Sequence record: MN013081.1
Origin: Klebsiella phage vB_KpnM_Potts1
Length of the DNA stretch: 24,000 nt
Direction: 5' to 3' (one strand)
Notes under the pieces: model-generated
What the model saw: the letters and a program-made list of their open reading frames with translations, nothing else
Databases searched by the model: none
Told to the model about the DNA's origin: nothing
Position numbers and translations under genes: made by a program
Shown: positions 6,529 through 14,688 of the stretch, one piece after another
Numbering within the stretch: the stretch's first letter is position 1
How the letters are laid out: the number at the start of each line of letters is the position of its first letter

Positions 6529-8370
6529 ATGATTAAGAACGAAATTAAAGTACTTTCAGATGTTGAACATATCAAGAAACGTAGTGGGATGTATATTGGT
6601 AGCTCAGCACACGAAGCCCATGAACGTTTTCTGTTCGGTAAGCATATGTCTCTGATGTATGTTCCTGGCGTAGTTAAGCTGATTGACGAAATCATTGACA
6701 ACTCTGTTGATGAAGCTATTCGTACAAGCTTTAAGTTCGCCAACAAAATTGATGTTGAAATCCGTGGAAATAAAGTTATCGTAGAAGATAATGGCCGAGG
6801 TATTCCACAGGACCTGGTTGAAACCCCTACAGGTGAAATGATTCCAGGCCCTGTAGCAGCATGGACCATTCCAAAGGCTGGTGGTAACTTTGGCGATGAC
6901 GCCGAACGTAAGACGGGTGGTATGAACGGTGTGGGTTCTAGTTTAACTAATATCTTCTCCGTTTTGTTCACAGGCGCTACCTGTGATGGAAAGAATGAGA
7001 TTACCGTACAGTGTTCTAACGGTATGGATTCTATAAGCTGGAATAAAGTTCCGGCCTCTAAGAAAGAACATGTCAAAGCTAAAACAGGAACAGTGGTTTC
7101 ATTTATTCCAGACTTTGTTAACTTTGAAGTAAGTAATCTGACCGATGTTTATAGTGAAATCACTTTAGACCGACTTCAAACTCTGGCTGTAATTTATCCG
7201 GATGTTAAATTTACTTTCAACGGTAAAAAGGTCGATGGCAACTTTAAAAAGTTTGCTAAGCAGTTCGGTGAGAGTGTAGTAATTCAAGAAACAGATAACG
7301 TTTCTATGGCATTTACTAATTCAGATGACGGGTTCCGACATCTGACTTATGTGAACAACATCCATACTAAGAACGGTGGACATCATATTGAATGTGTATT
7401 CGATGATATCTGCGAGCATCTTTTACCTGGTATTAAGCGTAAGTACAAAGGTATTGAAGTAACTAAGGCCCGTGTTAAAGAATGCATGACTATGGTTATG
7501 TTCATTCGTGACATGTCTAATATGCGCTTCGATTCTCAGACTAAAGAACGTTTGACATCTCCTTTTGGTGAGATCCGTAGCCATATTAAAATTGATGCCA
7601 AAAAGATTGCACAAAGCATCTTGAAAGACGAAGGCTTGATTATGCCTATCGTCGAAGCTGCATTAGCTCGAAAATTAGCTGCCGAAAAGGCCGCTGAAAC
7701 TAAAGCTAATAAAAAAGCTGCTAAAGCTAAAGTAGAAAAGCACATCAAGGCTAACATGTACGGCAAAGACGCCGACACAACCCTGTTCTTAACAGAAGGT
7801 GATTCTGCAATTGGTTATTTGATTGAAGTTCGCAATCGAGAACTTCACGGTGGATATCCTTTACGTGGTAAGTTTATGAATACATGGGGTATGTCTGCTG
7901 TAGATATCCTAAAGAACAAAGAAGCCTTTGATATCTGTGCAATCACTGGATTAACTATCGGTGAATCTGCTGAAGGTATGAACTACAGAAATATCGCTAT
8001 CATGACTGATGCTGACGTTGACGGCACAGGTTCAATCTATCCTTCACTGCTGGCTTTCTTCACTCAGTGGCCGGAACTATTTGAGCAAGGTCGAATTCGT
8101 TTTGTAAAAACTCCTGTTATTATCGCCCAAGTCGGTAAAAAACAAGAATGGTTCTATGATCTGCCTTCTTACGATAAGGCTAAAGGATCTCTTGGTAAGC
8201 ATAGTATTCGATATATTAAAGGGCTTGGTTCTTTGACTCGCGACGAGTATGAACGAGTTATCCAAGAACCTGTTTATGATGTAGTTAAACTGCCTGAAAA
8301 TTGGAAAGATCTTTTTGAAATGCTGATGGGTAAAGATGCATCTAAGCGTAAAGCTTGGATGGCCGCTTAA
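6529..8370 (+). CDS. 39/60: Phage type II DNA topoisomerase large subunit, unsplit equivalent of T4 gp39+gp60, 613 aa
   Basis: GHKL ATPase motifs (EIIDNSVDEAI, VEDNGRGIP, GGMNGVGSSLTN), Toprim EGDSA and DADVDG; C-terminus SIYPSLL...WPELFEQGRIRFVKTPVIIAQVGKKQEWFY matches remembered gp60. Confidence 0.93.
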   Translation: MIKNEIKVLSDVEHIKKRSGMYIGSSAHEAHERFLFGKHMSLMYVPGVVKLIDEIIDNSVDEAIRTSFKFANKIDVEIRGNKVIVEDNGRGIPQDLVETPTGEMIPGPVAAWTIPKAGGNFGDDAERKTGGMNGVGSSLTNIFSVLFTGATCDGKNEITVQCSNGMDSISWNKVPASKKEHVKAKTGTVVSFIPDFVNFEVSNLTDVYSEITLDRLQTLAVIYPDVKFTFNGKKVDGNFKKFAKQFGESVVIQETDNVSMAFTNSDDGFRHLTYVNNIHTKNGGHHIECVFDDICEHLLPGIKRKYKGIEVTKARVKECMTMVMFIRDMSNMRFDSQTKERLTSPFGEIRSHIKIDAKKIAQSILKDEGLIMPIVEAALARKLAAEKAAETKANKKAAKAKVEKHIKANMYGKDADTTLFLTEGDSAIGYLIEVRNRELHGGYPLRGKFMNTWGMSAVDILKNKEAFDICAITGLTIGESAEGMNYRNIAIMTDADVDGTGSIYPSLLAFFTQWPELFEQGRIRFVKTPVIIAQVGKKQEWFYDLPSYDKAKGSLGKHSIRYIKGLGSLTRDEYERVIQEPVYDVVKLPENWKDLFEMLMGKDASKRKAWMAA

Positions 8371-8372
8371 TT

Positions 8373-8390
8373 AAAGGGCTTCGGCCCTTT
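8373..8390 (+). terminator. UUCG hairpin AAAGGGC-TTCG-GCCCTTT immediately followed by the SD GGAGG of the next gene
   Basis: 7-bp perfect stem; the T run is only the three bases of the stem. Confidence 0.6.
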
Positions 8391-8399
8391 GGAGGTTAT

Positions 8400-8723
8400 A
8401 TGAATCTGGTAATGCAAAATAATGCGATAGTTAATTTAGATAACATAGCCAGAATGGTAATGGAATCTGCAATTAGGCGTGTTGAATTTATAGACTCAGA
8501 CGCCGCCGGGAAGAAAAAGTACCTGTTGGCTGTAAGAAACATAGCCGATAAGATTAAAATGAACCAGGAGTTAACCAGCGTTGAACGTGACTCAACTTTA
8601 AAGCTCATTTACATGCACCGTGAAGAAAAGAGTACAATGGGTGAAATGAGACGAATCTTGGCTGAGCTTGGTTCTACCCGTGAGTACGTTCAACATAAGG
8701 TGGTCCAGAATGCGAAGCTATAG
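8400..8723 (+). CDS. Hypothetical protein, 107 aa
   Basis: GGAGG at 8391-8395, ATG at 8400 in frame with track ORF. Confidence 0.65.
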   Translation: MNLVMQNNAIVNLDNIARMVMESAIRRVEFIDSDAAGKKKYLLAVRNIADKIKMNQELTSVERDSTLKLIYMHREEKSTMGEMRRILAELGSTREYVQHKVVQNAKL

Positions 8724-8769
8724 AGTTAACTTGAACTTGTTAGATAATGCTATATTCAAAGAGTATAGA

Positions 8770-8913
8770 ATGATTCAACGGTTCTTTGATATCGACGAAG
8801 CTGAGTTGTTTAAAGAACGCTTCACAGATATTCGTATTAAAATAACCCACGACTGTGCATCGGCCGAAGAGCTCTTAGAATGCGCTGAATTGATTAAATT
8901 ACATAATGATTAA
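8770..8913 (+). CDS. Hypothetical protein, 47 aa (MIQRFFDIDEAELFKERF...), T4 rIIA.1-like position
   Basis: Internal ATG chosen over track start 8668, which overlaps the upstream gene. Confidence 0.5.
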   Translation: MIQRFFDIDEAELFKERFTDIRIKITHDCASAEELLECAELIKLHND

Positions 8914-8921
8914 GGTAAAAA

Positions 8922-11069
8922 ATGAAACTCGTAACTGATGACGAAATTGTAATGGGCTCCGGTGGTAAATCAACCGACTTCACGATTAAAGCCTCAGCCA
9001 AAGCGTTCCGTGTTCTGTCTTCTAACCTGTACAAAAACAAAATTCGTGCAATTGTTCGTGAACTCTCTACTAACTGTATCGATGCTCACTTCCTGAATGG
9101 TTGTACTCGTCCATTTGAAATTAAGGTTCCTTCTCGTCTTGACCCACGATTTGTTATTCGTGACTTTGGCCCTGGTCTTGATGAAGATGGCATGATTAAC
9201 CTGTACACTACTTTCTTCGAATCCACTAAGAACAACAGCAACGACTTTATCGGTGCTCTGGGTCTTGGCTCTAAATCTCCATTAAGCTATACTAACACCT
9301 TTACAGTAGTATCTAACCATGGCGGCCGCTCTCGTGGTTATACAGTAATGATGGACGGTGGGCTGCCTAAAATTCGTCCTACCTTTGATGAAGAAATGGC
9401 TGAAGGCGAAACGACTGGTTTGGAAATCACTGTTCCGGTTAAAACAGATGATATCAGCTCATGGCAGCATGAAATCAAGTACGTTCTTCGTCCTATGGGT
9501 GCTGGCTCTGTAGTTCTGAAAGGAACTCAGATGGAAGTTGATTTCTTCCCAGACCAAGATGTGCACACGACAGATCAGTACAATGGCTATGAAAATAATG
9601 GAATCTATGCAATCTATGGTAAGATTGTATATCCCTTGAACGACGTCCCTGGCGTTAAAGATTCGTGGCTTCGTGCTCGGTATTCACGGGTGTATATTAA
9701 ATTCCCTCTCGGTGAACTAGATATTACTCCGTCTCGTGAAGAGTTATCTCTTGATCCAGACACCGTGGCAAATATCCAGGCCCGTGTCTCTAAGATTAAC
9801 CAAGAGTATCTTGAACGAGATATTCAAGAACTAGATGAAATCACTAACGAGCGTGAGCTGGTTCGTAAATACAACGAGTTCGGACGAGCCGAGCGTAACA
9901 TCATTGCTAACTCAGGCGTTAAAACTAAGTTAGGTTCTATTGCAACTATTCTGGCCAAGTATGATGTTTCCAAGCTTCGTGATATGGCGATGACCTCTGG
10001 TGCGGTAGCATACGATGGCGATGACGTTAAATTGTATCGTTTCAAAAACAGCTATGGTGGACGTTCTAAGATTTATGTAGATTCGATCTTAGGTGTGGAC
10101 AAAAAGAAATTGACTGTTCTTATTGATGACAAGACTTCTAAGCGTGTAGCGACTATCCGGGCTCTTAAACACGCCGGTAAGATTGCACGTTATGATTTTG
10201 TTCTAGTTATCAACCCAGAATCAGAACTGCAACAGGCCTTCCTGAAAAAAGCTATTGAATTAATGGCTGAAGATGAAGTTGTCACGTATAAAGTATCTGA
10301 ATGTGAAGAACTGCGTGCTAAACTGCCTAAAGTAGAAAGCGATGAGCCCGCAGAGAAACGCCCAGCTTCACCTAATGGTGCCCGATATACGTACTCTGAG
10401 AAAAATGGTTGGACTATTGAAAATCTCAAATTAACTTCTAGCGAACTCTCTGAACTTGAAGGTTTTGTGTTGCTTCGCAGCCGAGATGATTTCATGACTT
10501 TTCCGGCCAAATCATCCATTAGCTGCTTTAGTGATACAGATGCTCGTATCTTGGCTCAAGAATGCGGTATCACAGAGTTCTTGGTTATGCGTCCATCAGG
10601 CTGCCGTAAAGCATTATTTGAAAATGAAAATCTTGTTGATATGATGGCTTATATCATCGAGCGATACATTGATGCTATTGATGAGGTAGATTATGATTGC
10701 TATCTCCCAAGAAATTTCCGTAGCAACCGTGTGATTAACCACATTATTAATAAGAAGAAACTTGGGTTCCTTCTGACTTACTTTGTAGAAGGTAATGCTA
10801 ACTCTGATTCACTGAATCGTCTGGTTAATATGAACCAGCGATTGAGCAACGTTACGGTGAAAGATAATACTGATTTAGCTTTATGTAACCAGATTTATAA
10901 TAAACTGGAAGAAACATCTACGACCGCTTTCACTGTTAAAATGAAAGAGTTCAATGAAAAATACCCGGTTATTGATACTGTTCTGAATGAATGGCATCTA
11001 GAACAGGCCCAAATTGACGATATCGTTAAAATCATGGCTGCTCTCGAAGCAGCCGAACAATCCAAATAA
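8922..11069 (+). CDS. rIIA: RIIA lysis-inhibition/membrane-associated protein, 715 aa
   Basis: GSGGKSTDFTIKASAKAFRVLSSNLYKNKIRAIVRELSTNCIDAH...LDPRFVIRDFGPGL...NDFIGALGLGSKSP; adjacent to rIIB. Confidence 0.92.
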   Translation: MKLVTDDEIVMGSGGKSTDFTIKASAKAFRVLSSNLYKNKIRAIVRELSTNCIDAHFLNGCTRPFEIKVPSRLDPRFVIRDFGPGLDEDGMINLYTTFFESTKNNSNDFIGALGLGSKSPLSYTNTFTVVSNHGGRSRGYTVMMDGGLPKIRPTFDEEMAEGETTGLEITVPVKTDDISSWQHEIKYVLRPMGAGSVVLKGTQMEVDFFPDQDVHTTDQYNGYENNGIYAIYGKIVYPLNDVPGVKDSWLRARYSRVYIKFPLGELDITPSREELSLDPDTVANIQARVSKINQEYLERDIQELDEITNERELVRKYNEFGRAERNIIANSGVKTKLGSIATILAKYDVSKLRDMAMTSGAVAYDGDDVKLYRFKNSYGGRSKIYVDSILGVDKKKLTVLIDDKTSKRVATIRALKHAGKIARYDFVLVINPESELQQAFLKKAIELMAEDEVVTYKVSECEELRAKLPKVESDEPAEKRPASPNGARYTYSEKNGWTIENLKLTSSELSELEGFVLLRSRDDFMTFPAKSSISCFSDTDARILAQECGITEFLVMRPSGCRKALFENENLVDMMAYIIERYIDAIDEVDYDCYLPRNFRSNRVINHIINKKKLGFLLTYFVEGNANSDSLNRLVNMNQRLSNVTVKDNTDLALCNQIYNKLEETSTTAFTVKMKEFNEKYPVIDTVLNEWHLEQAQIDDIVKIMAALEAAEQSK

Positions 11070-11081
11070 TAGAGGTGAATA

Positions 11082-11987
11082 ATGGCTGTATTATGTCTGT
11101 CCGAGAATGAAAAAGATGCAATCGTAAAAGGTTTTAACGGCGGCCTTTACAATAAAAAAGAACTGGCTGAAATTTATGGTGTTTCGACTGATACCATTCG
11201 CCGTGTCTTTAAAGAACGTACTATTTCTCCAAATGAACCGGCTAAAGTAAAAGCTCCGGCTCCTCGTGAATTCCAGTGGGCTGCCTCAAGCAAGTTCATT
11301 TCTATCACTGAAGGGCGTACCACTTATAACGCAGACCCAAGTCATCCAGGGTTTAAATCGGCCCTGATGAAACTGGCTGAAGGCAAAATTGAAGAAGCCA
11401 TCGACCATATCAACATCGAACGCGGTATTGCTAAATTTGTTAAAGGCAACGTCCGTATCGAAGATGGTGCTCTGTATTATAAGGACATCGAACTGAAATC
11501 TGGTCTGACTGAACGTATTATTTCAGCGATGGAAAATGGTGAAGACTTCGAACGTTATCTGCCGTTCCTGGAAAACCTGATGCTGAACCCTAGTCGTAAA
11601 GCTGTTTATCGTCTGTTTGACTTCCTGAATGCAAACGACATCGAAATTACTGACGATGGTCACTTTATCGGTTGGAAGGTGGTTCGTTCTAACTACTTTG
11701 ACTGTGCATCTGGTAAGTTTGATAACAGTCCTGGTAAAGAAGTTACCATGCCTCGTAACCAGGTTGATGAAGACGACGAACGCACCTGCTCTACTGGTCT
11801 GCACGTTTGCTCTAAATCTTATATCCGACACTTCGGTAGTGGTTCAGACCGTATCGTTTCGGTTAAAGTACATCCTCGTGATGTAGTAAGTATTCCTGTT
11901 GATTACAACGATGCTAAAATGCGTACCTGTGGCTATAAAGTCCTTGAAGACGTAACTGCTCGTTGGAACAACGAACTGCGTGGTTAA
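11082..11987 (+). CDS. rIIB: RIIB protein, 301 aa
   Basis: N-terminal HTH-like region; FDFLNANDIEITDDGHFIGWKVVRSNYFDC...TCSTGLHVCSKSYIRHFGSGSDRIVSVKVHPRDVVSIPVDYNDAKMRTCGY closely resembles remembered T4 rIIB. Confidence 0.95.
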   Translation: MAVLCLSENEKDAIVKGFNGGLYNKKELAEIYGVSTDTIRRVFKERTISPNEPAKVKAPAPREFQWAASSKFISITEGRTTYNADPSHPGFKSALMKLAEGKIEEAIDHINIERGIAKFVKGNVRIEDGALYYKDIELKSGLTERIISAMENGEDFERYLPFLENLMLNPSRKAVYRLFDFLNANDIEITDDGHFIGWKVVRSNYFDCASGKFDNSPGKEVTMPRNQVDEDDERTCSTGLHVCSKSYIRHFGSGSDRIVSVKVHPRDVVSIPVDYNDAKMRTCGYKVLEDVTARWNNELRG

Positions 11988-11993
11988 TTAAAC

Positions 11994-12012
11994 GGGGACT
12001 TCGGTCCCCTTT
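11994..12012 (+). terminator. Rho-independent terminator GGGGAC-TTCG-GTCCCC-TTT
   Basis: 6-bp GC-rich stem, TTCG loop, T run; just after the rIIB stop. Confidence 0.85.
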
Positions 12013-12027
12013 CTTATAAGGTGACTT

Positions 12028-12219
12028 ATGACTGGCTTCCAATCTCGTGTTGTTGATGAATTATCTGAACTGAATCTGAAAATTAATGCTCTGACTGCAT
12101 TCACCATAGGCAGTGTATTCAAATCGCTTGATCCTGTAGACCAAAGTTTGCTTCTTAGACAGCTTGATACAATGTCTGCATACCGACACATTCTGGAAAA
12201 ACGTATTCAGAGGTTTTAA
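12028..12219 (+). CDS. Small hypothetical phage protein, 63 aa
   Basis: ORF with SD-like AAGGTG upstream; common small-protein style (LLLRQLDTMSAYRHILEKRI). Confidence 0.6.
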   Translation: MTGFQSRVVDELSELNLKINALTAFTIGSVFKSLDPVDQSLLLRQLDTMSAYRHILEKRIQRF

Positions 12220-12503
12220 TGATTAATCCATTCAATGCCGGCGATCGTAAAATCACGGTCTCAAATCTTCGCGGAAATCATAAGGCAGCTACAGTCTATT
12301 GTCTGAAATTGGTCAAGCACCCAGGTGACGTTCATTACGGCTGGCTTGAATGTGATGAGGTTGTTGAAGGTGAGTTTCCTTTAGTCGGTTCTAGTACTCT
12401 AGAATTTGACGATAGGATTTATTATGGTGAATTACACATCAGAGGTTTATATGGTATCGATGAGCTTGACTTGGAAACAACTACTGAATCTGAAGCCGGT
12501 TAA
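12219..12503 (+). CDS. Hypothetical protein, 94 aa (T4 denB.1-like position)
   Basis: TAATG coupling with previous ORF. Confidence 0.6.
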   Translation: MINPFNAGDRKITVSNLRGNHKAATVYCLKLVKHPGDVHYGWLECDEVVEGEFPLVGSSTLEFDDRIYYGELHIRGLYGIDELDLETTTESEAG

Positions 12504-13053
12504 TTTAACGGTTGAAAATCTTAGTAGAGAAAACAAAATTAAGGCCTTGAAAGAATCAGAACACTCGATGTCCTTAGATAACTCTCAAGAACAACGCTCT
12601 GCTTTAAAGCGATGTGTAATAGCAACATTAGGCGAGCAACTGATTGCTCAGTGTACTAATGGCCGAGTAATGCATACAGAGTTTAACAAGGCCAATCCAT
12701 TCAGTTACTCCTTCGATGTTATCTCTGAAGAAGGTGTGCGCATCGAGGTCAAGACCCACCAGTCTGATTCTCGATGGATTTCGGTCCACACTAAAGGAAG
12801 ACACCCCTACCCTTATGGGTCAGGGATTGACCTAGATGGGTTCCTGACGTATCGATTATCTGACTTAATAATCATATTAGATGTAGAAGAAGTGGGCCCA
12901 GGCGTCTACAGGTTTATCCCTCGCATGATGGGTGACCAAACTGCCTTTCTGCCTGGGTCTGGTTTAGTTCAAGAAAGCAAGTATGAAAACGGTGGTTGGT
13001 ACTTACGCTCTTGCTCTGAAGAAGAATACCAGTTTAAAAGGTTTACATACTGA
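12451..13053 (+). CDS. denB: Endonuclease IV (DenB)-like protein, about 200 aa; exact start uncertain
   Basis: Position between rIIB and ndd; VNLTVENLSRENKIKALKESEHSMSLDNSQEQRSALKRCVIATLGEQ; start at ATG 12451 after AGAGG. Confidence 0.6.
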   Translation: MVSMSLTWKQLLNLKPVNLTVENLSRENKIKALKESEHSMSLDNSQEQRSALKRCVIATLGEQLIAQCTNGRVMHTEFNKANPFSYSFDVISEEGVRIEVKTHQSDSRWISVHTKGRHPYPYGSGIDLDGFLTYRLSDLIIILDVEEVGPGVYRFIPRMMGDQTAFLPGSGLVQESKYENGGWYLRSCSEEEYQFKRFTY

Positions 13054-13070
13054 TTAGACTGTGGTATAGT
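13042..13070 (+). promoter_or_regulatory. Early promoter, TTTACA-N17-TATAGT; -35 lies in the last codons of the denB-like gene
   Basis: TTTACA 13042-13047, TATAGT 13065-13070. Confidence 0.75.
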
Positions 13071-13098
13071 ACTCCTACACCAACAATGAGGAGTACTA
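13067..13098 (+). repeat. Inverted repeat TAGTACTCCT (13067-13076) / AGGAGTACTA (13089-13098), 12-nt loop; proximal arm overlaps -10, distal arm contains the SD
   Basis: Direct reading; 10-bp perfect arms. Confidence 0.85.
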
Positions 13099-13100
13099 AA

Positions 13101-13301
13101 ATGAAATCTTTAAATCAACGTTTCGGAAAAGCAAAATATGGTTGTTCAGCTGAGCGTGAGTATGTTTACTATCAACTTCTTGATGTAGAAGCTCAATTGA
13201 ATTCAGCTGCCGTATCTGGAATTGCTCCGGCGTGCGGTGTTGAAGCTCTTCGTGAAGTCCGTGATGGGTATCGTCATCAAATCGAGGAAATGTCTAAATG
13301 A
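13101..13301 (+). CDS. Hypothetical protein, 66 aa
   Basis: ATG 13101 spaced properly from GAGGAG; track start 13086 lies in the SD hairpin. Confidence 0.65.
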   Translation: MKSLNQRFGKAKYGCSAEREYVYYQLLDVEAQLNSAAVSGIAPACGVEALREVRDGYRHQIEEMSK

Positions 13302-13537
13302 AACGGTTTGGGTTGTTTAATACTGTAAGAAATGAGTGGCTAACTACTTGGCATACCGGAACATTTGAAGGACATGTGGACCACTATCTTGACTATGACG
13401 ACGACCAAGTGTTTATGACGCGATCTGAGCACGATGCTATGCGAGCTCTTTCAGGACGTTCTGGATATCTCACTAGTCCTAAAACAGATGAAGAGATTAA
13501 ACGCGGTGAAATCATTGTGAAAGAAATTCACCTCTAA
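13298..13537 (+). CDS. Hypothetical protein, 79 aa
   Basis: ATGA overlap with the preceding ORF. Confidence 0.6.
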   Translation: MKRFGLFNTVRNEWLTTWHTGTFEGHVDHYLDYDDDQVFMTRSEHDAMRALSGRSGYLTSPKTDEEIKRGEIIVKEIHL

Positions 13538-13540
13538 GTG

Positions 13541-13569
13541 TTTACAACGTCTGTAGGTCATGATACTAT
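13541..13569 (+). promoter_or_regulatory. Early promoter, TTTACA-N17-TACTAT
   Basis: TTTACA 13541-13546, TACTAT 13564-13569. Confidence 0.65.
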
Positions 13570-13581
13570 GTTCCTACAGAC
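13549..13581 (+). repeat. Inverted repeat GTCTGTAGG (13549-13557) / CCTACAGAC (13573-13581) with the -10 box in the loop
   Basis: Direct reading; 9-bp perfect arms. Confidence 0.85.
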
Positions 13582-13596
13582 AAAATGGAGGAAATC

Positions 13597-13704
13597 ATGC
13601 TTAAGAACATTTTCAACTTTATCGTTTTAGCTATCGTACTGATGATAATGCCTGTAGTGTTCTTTATCGACGTGATTATCATAAATTTAAGACACTTGTT
13701 CTGA
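13597..13704 (+). CDS. 35-aa single-TM peptide (MLKNIFNFIVLAIVLMIMPVVFFIDVIIINLRHLF)
   Basis: SD GGAGG, ATG; not in the ORF track. Confidence 0.55.
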   Translation: MLKNIFNFIVLAIVLMIMPVVFFIDVIIINLRHLF

Positions 13705-13714
13705 GGAAATTATT

Positions 13715-13822
13715 ATGAACGCAGTATTAGGCTGGATTAACGCAGCGGCTTTTATTATTGGGTGTAATGTACCGTATTGGCTCGGTTGGTCTGATACTAT
13801 GTTATGGTTCTTTAAGCCATAA
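13715..13822 (+). CDS. 35-aa hydrophobic peptide (MNAVLGWINAAAFIIGCNVPYWLGWSDTMLWFFKP)
   Basis: SD TGAGGAAA, ATG; not in the ORF track. Confidence 0.55.
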   Translation: MNAVLGWINAAAFIIGCNVPYWLGWSDTMLWFFKP

Positions 13823-13826
13823 CATC

Positions 13827-13843
13827 TGGGAGCCTAGCTCCCA
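13827..13843 (+). other. Strong short hairpin TGGGAGC-CTA-GCTCCCA in the ndd leader
   Basis: 7-bp perfect stem, 3-nt loop, no T run. Confidence 0.6.
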
Positions 13844-13880
13844 TAGAGGATAAAACTTAAACTTTATTGAGGAAATTGTT

Positions 13881-14339
13881 ATGACTATTGATACCCGCAA
13901 CTACATGACCCGTGGCGATCTGACTAAAGCTGGCGCTGTAACTGTGGCCCACGTTAAAAACGGCCATACTGTCGGCTTCGTTATGCCTGAAGTTCTGGCC
14001 CAACCAGGTTTCTACTTTATGGTTAAAGGCGCCGGTGAAAATCGTACAGTAGGAGCACGGTTCTTTGTAGGCAACCAACGTTCTGCACAAGGTTTTAATG
14101 CTACGTTGTCCCATATTCGTCAAGGTCGTAGCCAGCTGGCTCGTACTATGGCTAGCAATAATATTGTTTATGAAGTTTTGTATCTCCCGCAATCTAAAAT
14201 GAAACCTTTGACTACTGGCTTCAAGAAAGGTCAACTGGCCCTGGCATTCACTCGTCAGCACAGTTCTGAAATGCAGACTTTGTCTGAGCTGAATCGTATT
14301 CTGAATGACAACTTCAAATTCATTCTTCAGAGCTACTAA
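13881..14339 (+). CDS. ndd: Nucleoid disruption protein Ndd-like, 152 aa
   Basis: [73 protein letters not shown] closely resembles remembered T4 Ndd; synteny. Confidence 0.93.
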   Translation: MTIDTRNYMTRGDLTKAGAVTVAHVKNGHTVGFVMPEVLAQPGFYFMVKGAGENRTVGARFFVGNQRSAQGFNATLSHIRQGRSQLARTMASNNIVYEVLYLPQSKMKPLTTGFKKGQLALAFTRQHSSEMQTLSELNRILNDNFKFILQSY

Positions 14340-14524
14340 TGAGTAGTTTTATGAAAATGCTCTTTGCTATGGGCTACTTGTTAGTCCTAGCATTGATGAT
14401 TTGCGCTGGGACTTATGTTACCTTGGGTCTTCCCGTTACAAGCAAACTTATATCGCTGATGTTGTTCTCTGTAGGCTTTATTTGTTTCGAAAGAATTTCT
14501 AAAATGTGTGGGGTATACAAGTGA
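14339..14524 (+). CDS. Small membrane protein, 61 aa
   Basis: TAATG coupling to ndd; hydrophobic segments. Confidence 0.6.
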   Translation: MSSFMKMLFAMGYLLVLALMICAGTYVTLGLPVTSKLISLMLFSVGFICFERISKMCGVYK

Positions 14525-14688
14525 ATCGGATATACGCTTTCTTCTGGATGATTATTTGTATCGTTCTGTGTACTATGTTCTTTGCTGGTGCCTGGGTTCC
14601 TACATCGGCTCAAGTTGGGTTCATGGTCTGTTGGTTTGTTTTAGCTGCGGTAATTGACTTTTTAAAGGCCTGCACCGCCAATGATTAA
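14521..14688 (+). CDS. Small membrane protein, 55 aa, GTG start (VNRIYAFFWMIICIVLC...)
   Basis: GTGA overlap with the previous stop; start 14506 in the track is less likely. Confidence 0.5.
   Translation: MNRIYAFFWMIICIVLCTMFFAGAWVPTSAQVGFMVCWFVLAAVIDFLKACTAND

Noticed and set aside
6426-7076. 216-aa - strand ORF opposite the topoisomerase gene
   Set aside because: Shadow ORF of a conserved CDS with strong ATPase motifs
8727-8756. Possible promoter TTGAAC...TATATT before the 47-aa ORF
   Set aside because: -35/-10 spacing is only 14 bp and it does not match the consensus of the other early promoters
9824-10519. - strand ORFs opposite rIIA
   Set aside because: Ser/Leu-rich shadow frames, no supporting signals
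13857-14261. 134-aa - strand ORF opposite ndd
   Set aside because: Covers a confident ndd gene; no promoter or SD for it
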